NCBI GenBank assembly: GCA_047495785.1
Contig: JBLDXI010000054.1
Coordinates: 930,001 to 994,000 of the forward strand
Direction: 5' to 3'
DNA: 64,000 bases
DNA from: Lepidodermella squamata
Lineage: Eukaryota > Animalia > Gastrotricha
Positions 23,085-34,114 of this stretch are shown here, in pieces. Made by a program: the position numbers and the translations under genes. The notes under the pieces are model-generated. The model ran no database searches. It was not told the origin of the DNA and saw only the letters and a program-made list of their open reading frames with translations. Within the stretch, counting starts at the first letter, position 1, and each line of letters begins with the position of its first letter.

Positions 23085-24037
23085 TGTAATATCAAGCAAG
23101 GTTCAAAATATAACTTGATAAATCCGCGTGAAAGATAGCTATCAACATTTGCCACGAATGCGGCTAATGGTATAGGAACATCCGGATTGCCAGCGATTGC
23201 ATGCGTTTAGCGGCGTTACTCATTTCACGTATTGCTTCCTGTATTCAAATGTTTCGACATTTCAACCTTTCGGTATGACTTCTCTTGTCAGACATCGACC
23301 TATCTTGACTACTCATCCCTTACGCTTGAGAAATTGTGGGGAGCTCCCCATCGTCACTAGGCAAATTCTGTTTCCGTATGTCAAGTAGCAGGGAGGATGA
23401 GTGTTTCGAAAGGTAATCCAACATGACATGCAGCATGCAAGTACATATGCAGATTGTGCACATCGCATTGCGGCTGGAAATTGTACCGAATTGATGCGGC
23501 ATTTGACGGAAGTTGAGCTACCGGCCTGCATCCTGTTTATCCTCTTGAATTTCTTACACACTCATCCTAAGACGGAAATCAGTGGATCTAAAGCTTCATG
23601 CATCGTGCTTAGATCTGAAAGATTTTTTCAGGCAAAAGACTGCCATTTTGTTCTGCTTTTCCGGGTCAAAGTCGATCATCACCACTTGGTCGCCGGGTGG
23701 CTTAGTCGCACTGCCAAATAGGTATCATCGCCACTCATTTATAGAGTAGTAGAGTAGTAACAGGCGTCGACCAAGGGGTGACGATGGACTTCTCGCACGT
23801 ACTATTTGCATCGGAGCACGCGTCTTCGCTAAGGTCTAGGGCGAAGGACGAGTTCATAGTTCGGCAGCCAACTGGGGTTAGAACGAAGTTGGTCCAATGC
23901 GATGCCTTCCGCCTCGCTCGCTACAACGCCCTATAATGGTAAATCGCCGCCGTATCGACACCATCTTGAACCCGATTTCGATAAAAAACGTCATGACTCA
24001 TTCATAATAATAATAATAGTAATAGTACATAGTAATA

Positions 24038-24822
24038 CCGTGGCGTGGGGTAACTTGGCCGTAAAACTTGCCTTCTGGACGATTTCACATCGAGACAATC
24101 TTTTCATAAGAGCATTCCTTGCCACCTGAGCTACAACTCCCTTTTTACCGAATTCGAAAATCTTCTTTTAAATGACAAGGTAGGTTAGTACCAATTCGTT
24201 CATTTTAGGCGCTGATATGTTTGAGCATTTAAAATTTTTAACAATGAATCCTGTGATCGCATGAAACCGCCGTTTTCTTAGAAAGATTCCTCCCGGTGAT
24301 ATCTTTCAAATGACACCTTGAACTCAGAAAACTGATGTCGCAATCGCGAGCGGTAATTACCTGAATTTTAACGTGCGAAATATGCGCAACAAAAATTTGG
24401 CCTAGACAAGTGAGGGCGTGATGAATCATCGTCCTAGTTTCTGCCAGATTGTTCATCATCAAAAGAAATAGTCATGCACGCTGCCCCAGCTCGTCAAAAA
24501 CTACACTTTCAGCAGAAAACTGTCATCAGACAAACTCTCGCTAATTTGCATATTTAGTTTTTTTTATTTGGGCAGTTAAAAGGCCCGAAATTGTCGCTCA
24601 GGGATGCGGCCAAGTTACACCACTCACCGGCCAAGTTACCCCACTTGGTCAAGATCACTTCGACCTCCACAGAATCGATTGATTTTATCGGTCGTCGACC
24701 AGATTTTGACCAATCGATCGACAATTGAACGGGGATTTAAAATTTTAAGCGAAACAAGTTACCGGAGACACAAGAGTTTCAAAAAAAAACCATACTTCCG
24801 GCCAAGTTACCCCACACCACGG
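24038..24822. mobile_element. pogo/Tc1-mariner-type non-autonomous element, 785 bp
   Basis: 24-bp TIRs CCGTGGYGTGGGGTAACTTGGCCG (1 mismatch), TA on both sides, subterminal GGCCAAGTTAC repeats at about 24608-24645. Confidence 0.9.
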
Positions 24823-25078
24823 TATATTCATTAGGTTCTCATTACAAACTTTTTCATTGAATTGATCGACATCAATTTCAAGTAAAAAAACAGCCGGAAA
24901 CTGTGATGTAGGATGATCGATATCGATGAGAAACGGGAAATGATTCAGTATGTTTTCATTACTCAAATGCTCGCCGAAATCGGAATGTGAGGCTTTAACA
25001 ACTTTCAGATTTCGTAATTTGAGAGAAAGCAGACGTAGAGACCCGTGAAAGCAGCGGTTGATGACTTTTTATGTTCAT

Positions 25079-26294
25079 TCAAAAACGGCGAGGTTTCACA
25101 CGTCCTCGAAACAAATTGATGGAAAGCCTTTTCCGGCCTTTGTTAAGCCTATGAAAAAATGACTCGATATGAGCTGGTGTGATACATTGCAACACAGAAC
25201 TGATCAATGCGCCAATGACTATGAAGAGAACTGCCAATTTCCTAACCCAAGCAAGCTCTGCCCGCCACGCACCCAGTGACCACATGCTCACCAGCAACGT
25301 TGAGATGAATCCTGGAATGTAACTGATGACAAAGAGTATGAATAACCCCAATGACATTTTGACGAGATATATCTCTTTACGCTGCCATTCGGCCAAGCGA
25401 GCCGCAGATTTAAAGGCGGAGTAAAGCGATGTAGGTTTTGCATCTACTACAAAACCACCTCTAGTCCTTTTTAAATTATCAATGGTTTTAAAAATATTCC
25501 AATAATTGATTGCCAAATAAACTGATGTGCATGTGAAAAGAGAGGCGTAGTACAAGACGCCTAAGAAAGTCGTGTCGAAATCGCCATAGAAGCTGTAGTC
25601 GAAATGACCGCAAATTAAAACGGGCCGATCAGTGTTATAGCCTTCCAGTATGACCCACTTCGCAGCGAAAGTGTTCCACGGCCACCAAGCGATGAAAACA
25701 CTTAGCAGCATTGACAAGCACAGCGTAAAGAAAGTTCCACCAAAAATCTTGGATAAACAAACATACCTTTATTAAATATTGACGAAATTATTAAAATACC
25801 TTGAATCTGCTCGGTTTGTAGTTGATCCTGTTTGATGAGATGCACAGGCGTCTTTCGTACGAAATTGAAGCTTCAATGAATAAACCGAACCCGCCAGTGG
25901 TCCAAAAGAGCCACAAAGAGGCCGTGCAGGCTAAAGGCGATGCCTCCCACCAACCTGTTCTGAGGGTAATAAAGAGCCCATAGCAATACGAGCAGGCGAA
26001 GACGGCATCTCGAATGTGCAAGCAGCAGGTAAGAATGAGGAAATCGACTTTCAACCTTCGTTGGACGTAAACGATGACATTTACGATTGAAGCGATGATC
26101 GAAAGGGTGGTGAAAAGGGTACAAGCTACAACCCAACCTAATCGGTCTTCCACGGTTGTTGAAGTGACATCGTGGTAAAACGCAACGTAATAAGGCTTCG
26201 AGCGGCCGTAGCCTCGATCTGGTAGGTCAACATCGATCCAACCACCGTTGACAACTCGAGCGATAGGGTACGTTGAATTAGTCAGATTGGTCAT
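25079..26294 (-). CDS. Class A orphan 7TM receptor, exons 26294-25800 and 25747-25079, about 387 aa
   Basis: Family motifs as above; 52-nt phase-0 GT-AG intron 25748-25799. Confidence 0.87.
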
Positions 26295-26539
26295 TTTCCT
26301 CTTAAATTATGAATCACGCCGAAAAAGACAACGAATGCATACATAAACGACGGGAAGCTTTTATCATTTCTCAGCCCACGGAACAGCATTGTTGCGAGGA
26401 GTATCCCCACCCTGGCGACTGCAGACATCCCTTTTCCTTCAATTACTACTGCGATCGGCAATACCTATCAATACCTCGCACAGAATGCATGAAATTCGAT
26501 CATCAATCGTCCGAAGACGTCCAGAACTCAGCAACTCTA

Positions 26540-26568
26540 TCTCTCTCTCTCTCTCTCACACACACACA
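26540..26568. repeat. Compound (CT)n(CA)n microsatellite
   Basis: Read directly from the sequence; about 250 bp upstream of the class A start codon. Confidence 0.85.
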
Positions 26569-26908
26569 CCCACATCGATTAACTGAAACTATTCAATTCT
26601 AAATGTGATTCTGATTCACATTTCACATTGAATCGGGTAGCTAACTATAGCGTTGTTATTCAGCAGTGTTCAGATATAGCGCATACAGCTGGGGATTTGA
26701 GAACTGATGATCCACGAGCGTTGAATGCATGGCCGTGTTAGTTAATTTGTCATCCTTACATATCCCTAGAACAAGTTCAACCGAAAAAGAGTTTCAATGC
26801 CCAAAATGATTCTTGAATTGGCAAGGGATTTGCATCACGATCAGCGACACGCTCCAAGAGTGACAAGACTCTCATAAGTTTCAGGAGACATTCAACATTC
26901 AAAATACA

Positions 26909-27166
26909 CAGTGTGTGACTTTCAGGGGGGATGGGAGGGGGGAATCACCCCTTCCCCCCTTCCCAGCTCGGCCTGGCCAGACGACAAAATGAGAATTTAT
27001 CCCCCTATTTCGTCAATTTTCAGAGGTTCTGGAGCGTGTTTTAGTGAAAAATCTGCAAAATGTTCTCGCTTCGCTCGGTTATCCGCCAAAATAACTAGTA
27101 ATTTTGGCAAATACTGAAAAACAATTTTCCATCCCTGGCAGCTCCGAGATCCAAGATCGCACCCTC
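26909..27166. mobile_element. hAT-like MITE, 258 bp
   Basis: Imperfect short TIRs (CAGTGTGTGACTT / AAGATCGCACCCTC), 8-bp TSD AAAATACA at 26901-26908 and 27167-27174; related copy at about 56370-56561. Confidence 0.7.
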
Positions 27167-28248
27167 AAAATACACTTCCGTCTTTCGTCTTTCGTCTTTC
27201 ATCCACGGATGATGTTGATGATGATGCCATTCTCGCAAGGCACGTTTATCCTCGAAAGCAAGTCTTTACTTGTGATATGAGGTTCGATTCTGAAGCAGTG
27301 TCTGAAGCATTTTGACCCAGCTAAATGCGCTAATGAGTGCGCTAATGAGGAAAAGTGTTGAAGTAAAACTAACGTGCCACGCATTTTTTACCAAGACATC
27401 AATGACGACGAGTTCAATCAGCCTAATTGAATCGATGGTTTTGTGCCAAAGTCACGTCACAGCCTGCTAGCAGAATTTTGCGAAACGACGTGTACTGGTA
27501 AGCGATATAAACATTTGTATTTGGTTTGCTTCGAAATATCGTATTTTCGTGAATTCGTTTTTGTTTTACAAAGTCCTTAGCAAATTCCTTGATAGTTGAT
27601 GCGACGTGGCATCTGATTCCAACCCATATTCCAGCCCATTTTGTAAAATAAAATTAGGTGGAACACAACGTCTCATTTACAGCAAGTATTAAATACGCTT
27701 TTAAAATGGTTGCCTCTCGATACCTAAAACAATTTAAAAAACAATCGACTTTTCGGACGTAGAGCAGTCGTGGTCCCTCGACCTTCGACATTCCACTGCC
27801 CCCCACTAGTGGGCAGTTATCGACGAAGTGCTGTATTTAGCTCGAATCAGGACACCAGCTTCAGCGTGTCTCATATTTACATCGGCTTCCATTCAAGTGG
27901 CCCGCTTATGTTTTCTTGACCCAGTGATACTTCCTTTTAAAGAAACGAAACTGCGAAATTTATCCTTGCTCAGTAATGGATAATGGATACACCATAGGTA
28001 CTCGTTTACTTCCTAATTCGAAGTCTATTGATTGAAGGGATACACGCGTCCCCTTATTTTGCGGATCATTAAATATTACAGGCGCAGTCGTATATTCATT
28101 CAATATCAATATGTAAGCATCTCGCTAGGGCAATTAGACCACGCTAGAGCATGACGGAATCGTGGACGGGGGAAGGTGAGCCATCTAATTTACTCCGACG
28201 TTGCCTCGTTCAAGTGTCCCTCAGTTATCATTTTTTTAGTTTTAAAAT

Positions 28249-30507
28249 ATGTTTTATCTCATCATTGTGACAATGCTACTGTCTCCGGCTGTAGCGCAAA
28301 CAAACGCCAGATTTCCGAAGCCGAAAACTATTCAGATCCTTCGCATCATACCGATTTCAGGTCTTGACGTGAAGCAATCCACTGCTAACCGTTTGGCATC
28401 TCAACTGGTCGCTGATCGAGTCAATGCCAGGCGTGACATTTTACCCGATTACCACATCGAAATGGTGTTTCGTGACGAATTGCTAGGCAACGCGGCTGCT
28501 AATCTGATCGTCAACTTTCGGCGAGATGGCGAGAACAACCGATCTGTAATACAAAGCCCGCTGGTCATCGGACCCGAATTTTCAACTGGCTGCAAGGCGA
28601 TTGGCCCAGTGATTGGATACCTCAATACTATTAGCTTGACCGGTTTCTGCACGGCCCCGTTTCTAGCAGACCACAACAAGAATCCAAATCTTTACCTTTC
28701 ACTGACAACCGGAAAAACGACTGCAATTTCAATGCTGAGATTCATGCGAGATGTTGGGAAATGGAACAAATTTGCGATTGTCTCGAACTCACTCAGCGTG
28801 AATGACTACGAAACAGCTTTTTTCCTCCACAACAGAGCAACGGCGTTCGGGTTCACTATTCCTTGGTTCAATATGGTAACTGATATCGACATTGAGATTG
28901 TTCAATCGCTACATCAAAGTGGAATAAGAATCATCGTATTGAGCATAGGAAACTCATTGACAGTTCTCAAGTACCTATGCGAGTTCTACAAAATCGGAAT
29001 AACTGGCCCCAGATATGTTTTTATGATCCTCAGTGTTGGTTTTTCCACAGGCGGTGTACCGGGATGCTCTAGTGATCAATTATGGGCACAATGGAGACAG
29101 GCTTTCATCTTCGGAAATACTAATCGGCCCTATAACGCTACCGGCTTGAATGATTTGGGCTACAACGCAATCGAGTTCGAATCGATCATGAAGCAGCAAA
29201 TGAATGTCTCTTCTACTGACTCGTTTCTGGTTGGTTACAATACTCACGATACTGTCTTGAAAGCTATATTGGCTCTTCATAATGCTGATATTACGCTGAA
29301 AGCTCGCTTAAACCTCACTTTTTCGGACTATGGGACTCAACCCGAAACTGTTGCTCGGATCGTGAATGAGACTGTCTTGGCTTCTAGTTTCACAGGAGTT
29401 AGAGTCGGTATAATGTCTTACTCCCCAAGGGGACAAATCCTGGGAGATATACAAGCTGTGGCCCAGTGGAGACCAGATACTGGAATGCAAAATGTGGCAC
29501 TTGTCCGTCAAACGTTTGATAGTCGCAAGGACGAATTCTCATACGAGAGCTACTCCCTTGAAATAGCTCGCCAGGTATTTTGGATATCTGGCAAAGCCCC
29601 AATCGATCAGCCGATAGTGGTTATTCAAAATATTCGAATGCCAGGCGGCGTTTTTGTTGCAGCGGTTGTAACTGCTGGTCTCAACACAGTTTCTCAAGCA
29701 GCTGGAATCTTCGCTTTGTTCATGACAAGACGTAACATCTTTACTACCTTCTACATCACAAAGATCTTAGGCATTCTTGGTTGCTTAATTCTCAACGCAA
29801 GCGCAGTTCTGTTCTCCGTCAACAATGAAGACGGAAACCCGAGCTTGATCATCGCTTCGATTGTAACGCTATGCTTTGGAGTTTCGATTGTCTTCAACAG
29901 TGTATCATTTCGAATAATTGTCATCCGACGTAAGATAAAGAGCATTGCTAGTTACGCTCGCAAGGTCGCACGAACGGCGAGTGCAGCAGATGATTCACAA
30001 CGATCAAGTGCGATTGGAAGATCGCAAAAGGTCATGCTTTTAATTGACAAATTATCGGCGGCACTGTCCTTGATCGCTAGCCTGGTTATTGCGGTTATTT
30101 TGATGGCTTGGTTTCTCAGCCAAGAAACCATTTGCGAGTCTCAACTCATCGGCAGCCCAGTGTACTTTGAAGAGGCCGATACTCTTGTCGAAACCTTTGC
30201 TGCAAAATGCACGGTTCAAAATGGCATCGCATTCCTGGCAGCGATGGGCTTTTTCGAGCTCCTTGTCTTGTTGGCGGCTTCGTTTTTGGCCTATCATCTG
30301 AACCATGCTAAATCGGCCATTGATGAGTATCTTCTCACATGTCTCGGAATAGCTAACTCGGCTATGCTTTTTGTTGCGACTATCCTTATTGCATTGAGTC
30401 TAGCCAACAGCTTGATTGAACAGCAGATTGGAATAACCTTTTCTGCTCTCGCTATTTCGGCTTCGACTTCAGCTACTTGGCTGTGGCCGATCCTCCAAAA
30501 AGCATGA
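28249..30507 (+). CDS. Class C (GABA-B-like) orphan GPCR, intronless, 752 aa
   Basis: Signal peptide, VFT (VIGPEFSTGC), stalk WISGKAPIDQP, 7TM, ECL2 C-x24-C. Confidence 0.9.
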   Translation: MFYLIIVTMLLSPAVAQTNARFPKPKTIQILRIIPISGLDVKQSTANRLASQLVADRVNARRDILPDYHIEMVFRDELLGNAAANLIVNFRRDGENNRSVIQSPLVIGPEFSTGCKAIGPVIGYLNTISLTGFCTAPFLADHNKNPNLYLSLTTGKTTAISMLRFMRDVGKWNKFAIVSNSLSVNDYETAFFLHNRATAFGFTIPWFNMVTDIDIEIVQSLHQSGIRIIVLSIGNSLTVLKYLCEFYKIGITGPRYVFMILSVGFSTGGVPGCSSDQLWAQWRQAFIFGNTNRPYNATGLNDLGYNAIEFESIMKQQMNVSSTDSFLVGYNTHDTVLKAILALHNADITLKARLNLTFSDYGTQPETVARIVNETVLASSFTGVRVGIMSYSPRGQILGDIQAVAQWRPDTGMQNVALVRQTFDSRKDEFSYESYSLEIARQVFWISGKAPIDQPIVVIQNIRMPGGVFVAAVVTAGLNTVSQAAGIFALFMTRRNIFTTFYITKILGILGCLILNASAVLFSVNNEDGNPSLIIASIVTLCFGVSIVFNSVSFRIIVIRRKIKSIASYARKVARTASAADDSQRSSAIGRSQKVMLLIDKLSAALSLIASLVIAVILMAWFLSQETICESQLIGSPVYFEEADTLVETFAAKCTVQNGIAFLAAMGFFELLVLLAASFLAYHLNHAKSAIDEYLLTCLGIANSAMLFVATILIALSLANSLIEQQIGITFSALAISASTSATWLWPILQKA

Positions 30508-30512
30508 CAGCA

Positions 30513-30747
30513 ACTTGAAATAGAAGAAAGAATTTGGCTGAGTGACTCAGTTTATAACTTCTTTCTATATACTGCTCTGGAAGTAAAATCAAACTGAGGC
30601 GGTTGTCAGTTAATTAGAAACAGTGTAAATGCCAAAGTCGAGGCAAATTTGCCTCTAAATGAACGAGAATTGGTAAAGACACCACACACATTAAATATGA
30701 ATCCTCATTTGAAGTTTGTTATTCACGTTTTATCGATTGATTTGAGC
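30513..30747 (-). pseudogene. Relic: last five codons, stop and 3' flank of a lost copy of the 37838-40198 gene
   Basis: 30513-30747 aligns with 37622-37855; the minus strand reads AQINR* vs AEIMR*. Confidence 0.75.
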
Positions 30748-31269
30748 ACTTTTGCTCAATTGCACAACTTGTGCTCAAATTGCCTAACGAATGCTCAATT
30801 CGTGCTCAATTTCTGCGCAATTCGTGCTCGACGGCTGTCGGAACCTATTGCGAATGCTCAATTTGTCCTCAACAGCATAACAGGATCTCATTGAGCACTC
30901 CAAAGATTACGAAGATGAGTGTGAAGGCCGTGGTTCGATTCCGCAACTGATCTTTTTATATTTTCTCAATTATTTTTTCCATGGCAAATGAAGGGCAAAA
31001 GGAACCAATTATGTCATTAGCGATCGGTGCTTAATGTAATGCTCAAAATCTGCTCAATGAGTGCTCGAAGAATGCTTCAAGTCGCGCAATGTGCTTAAAG
31101 AAAGGTTTCAATTCGAGCTAAATGTACTTTTAGCGCACTAAATGTACTTCGACTTTGAGTAGTCGAAGTCGAAGTCAAATGAGTCCACTTATACCCTCCA
31201 ATTGCGCAACCGACGCGCGCGCGCCGGACGGAACTACGATGGGCCCGGAATTGAGCTGAAAAAACTTTG

Positions 31270-31478
31270 AAAAAATAAAAAAATCATTTGAGCTGGAGTC
31301 GAACCTCTGGTTTCGAATGCTACTGCTCGAACCACTAAACAAGAAAGCTTTAACTGTGACCTATATCGATTAAATCTAACACGGGTTACATGTGTCTCCT
31401 GTGTGGTTTAGTGGTTCAAGCTATAGCTCAGGAAACCGGAGGTTGATAGTTCGACTCCTGCTCACAACATTTTCTTTA
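31270..31478. repeat. Divergent pair of tRNA-like (Pol III A/B box) units, SINE-head-like
   Basis: GTTTAGTGGTTC...GTTCGACTCC.GCTCA followed by a T-run on both strands (31270-31340 minus, 31399-31478 plus); a third B box GGTTCGATTCC at about 30932. Confidence 0.5.
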
Positions 31479-32129
31479 TATTGTGTCTTCATGGTGACGA
31501 AATGACGTAACTACCACACTAGCAACAACTTAAAAGTTTAGTGTTTTGATCACACGCCTTGATCACATGTGCACGCGTGACCTTTGACCTGCAAAACGGA
31601 AGCATAATATTACCACTGTCGGCCAGACGGCCTTTGACAGTTGACGGGGAACTCCCAGCTCATTAACATGTTGAATTATTCATAATACACAATTGTAGTC
31701 TATCGGCCGATCTCATCATGAAAACCATCCGTACGAATTTCAGTACCCTTTCAGCCCTTTCAGTCACGGACATTTTGTATTACTCCGTCACTTCTTCAAG
31801 CACGTGGCACGTATGACCTTGAACATGCACAACCTAAGACCTAAGTATAACGTTTTCGTGCACATCTTTGACTTGCTGCCCAGCTTTGCGCATAATCATG
31901 TAGCGTTGCCACGTCGCACATGCAAAAATAGTATGGGCGGTTCCCGTCAGCGCTACTCATTTTGCCCGACCCAGAGTAAACTTGAGTTTGCGAAACACGC
32001 AGCATGAATAATGTGTATGCACCATGTAATAGGCGAGCAGATCACGTCGCGAAAACGGTCTCGCGAGTCAGCATGTCAGCCCATGTTGTCGTCGATGTCG
32101 TGCGCACAACTGCACTTGGCATTGACTGG

Positions 32130-33085
32130 CATCCCGGCAGACAGCACATTTTTTACTGGCACGCCCTAATCCTCCTGTGAATGGGATTCATTTTTTACCC
32201 CCCCCCCCCTACTGTTTTTTTGCCGTCGGACCGACGTCACACGACAACGCATTTTTTACTGCTACGAACACATCCTCCTGAAACAAGGACTCATTTTTTG
32301 ACAACACTAACACACGCCCACGCTGGTATGGTACCTTCCCGAAGGGATTGCCAGTGTTTTACGGGTGGTTTTTTACAGACACACCTCTATCCTCCTCGCC
32401 ATAGGCCATAGGCGATGGAGGCAATCCATTTTGTATTGCCTCCTCATATCCTCCTTGACGAACGACGAACGAACGACGAACGACGAACGAACGAAGGCGA
32501 CCCGTGACAACGGGGAGTTCCCCGTCACAAGTATAATTAGTGTCTCTATATATATAAAAGACCTCGATTGCCAACGACCAGTTGTGCCCTTTTTGGTCTC
32601 ACTGTTACACCGGTGCATCGGTCGGGAAGTGTGGCGGTGATGCCACCGCCTTGTTTACTGTTTTAGCCACATCTGTACGGCGCGTGCTGCTTGACAGCGC
32701 GCGCTCCATCTGTTGCCTTGAACTGGCTATAAAAAGCCCATTTTTACTTGAAATTAGCATCTTCCGTTTTTGGAGATCATGAATTAGCCTAGCCTTAGAA
32801 ATAATAAAACCGCCTAGTTTCTTAGTTTGTCGGGAATTGTTTTTGCCTAAATACAAGTCGGGTCGTCGGTCATGATCCCGTGATCGCGAGAACCCGTCAA
32901 CGTTACGCTCACTTTTCGTCCAGTGACCTAGCTTCGATCTTTCGAGCTTTTTCGACATTTTCATGAGGATAGCCGTTCAAGAATCCGGGACAATGTGATT
33001 CCCAGATACGTTATCAACATTTAACCTGTTTAACTTTAGGGATTTGCGCGCTCACACTCACACTCATAGCGGGCTTCAGCTTGAG
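32130..33085. mobile_element. Possible non-autonomous Helitron-like sequence(s)
   Basis: (CGAA/CGA)n microsatellite at about 32458-32495, hairpin CCCGTGACAACGGG, and a TCTATATATATAAAAG start-like motif at 32545; no intact CTAG end found. Confidence 0.25.
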
Positions 33086-34114
33086 AAGCTATCTAAGATG
33101 CGACATCGGGACCATTCGAGCGACCATGGTTGGCCCCTTATTTCAGACTCACAGAAAATGTGTGTTTTAGTTGCATCATGGTGCACCATGCGCTTTTAGT
33201 TTCTATTCGAGTCGTATGGGCGAATCGTATTCCACAGACACGGCACTTATTAGCAGGCGGACCGAAAGCACTTAATTAGTGGAAAGTTGTTAATAATAAA
33301 ATCTGAATACTTGCCAGTGCACTAAAGGAAATTTGACACGAAAAATGTTAGCCAGACTAAGTTTTGATTTGTTTGCACAACAAGGGATGGAGACGATTGA
33401 GACTATAGCCGCGCCATGTGATCTCGTACGATTTCAAATGAAAGGGTCCTATCCAAGCGAAAGATTAGAATTTGAAACAGCCGATCGCTATAATTATATA
33501 GTGCGGAGTCACCCTGCATGTGTGACGAAACCAATTTAATGCGGCGGGTCTTTCTTCAGTTTCCTGAAATCCATGTAGCCTAACATCTCATGGCATCCTT
33601 CCGCTCAAAATCCAGCTATCAAAGCATCCCTGTGCCTTTTTCATTTTGCGAGAAATGAACTTGATGAGTTGTTACTTTGTCTTTATTATTCCGGTGTTCC
33701 GATCGAAGCAATACGGTAGGAGTTTATTAGACTACAACAAGCTAGAGTGCAACGGGCTCGTTTGGATATAAGCGCAAGCCATCTAATGAGACCGTCCACA
33801 AGAAAGACTATAGCCAGGGTTCGAAGTACAGGGGTGCTGATGTGTCGCGACACTCCAGCTCCGGGACTACAACCGGAGGAAGGCTGAAAAAACCACAGGA
33901 GGGACCCTTTGGTTTCTTCGGCTGGTTGATAGAAATCAAGTAGAAAACACCTCAGCTCCTGGATCCTATTTCGCACAGTGACTATAGCACCTCGAACAAA
34001 GGTGCTATTGTGTGCGGTCTCCTTGCTTATCTGGCAGACACTCTAAATTCCTTATTAATTCCCTTCAATTTAATCAAATTCATAAACAGTGATAGCTTAT
34101 AGATTATAATTCAA

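Noticed and set aside
25079-26294. Class A family as opsins (ER..C after TM3, KE..LVKM before TM6)
   Set aside because: Counting back from the NP-equivalent position, the retinal-binding site 7.43 is Val/Ile/Met rather than Lys, and NPxxY is absent.
31399-31478. Functional tRNA gene
   Set aside because: A and B boxes are present but I could not fold an acceptor stem or anticodon arm.
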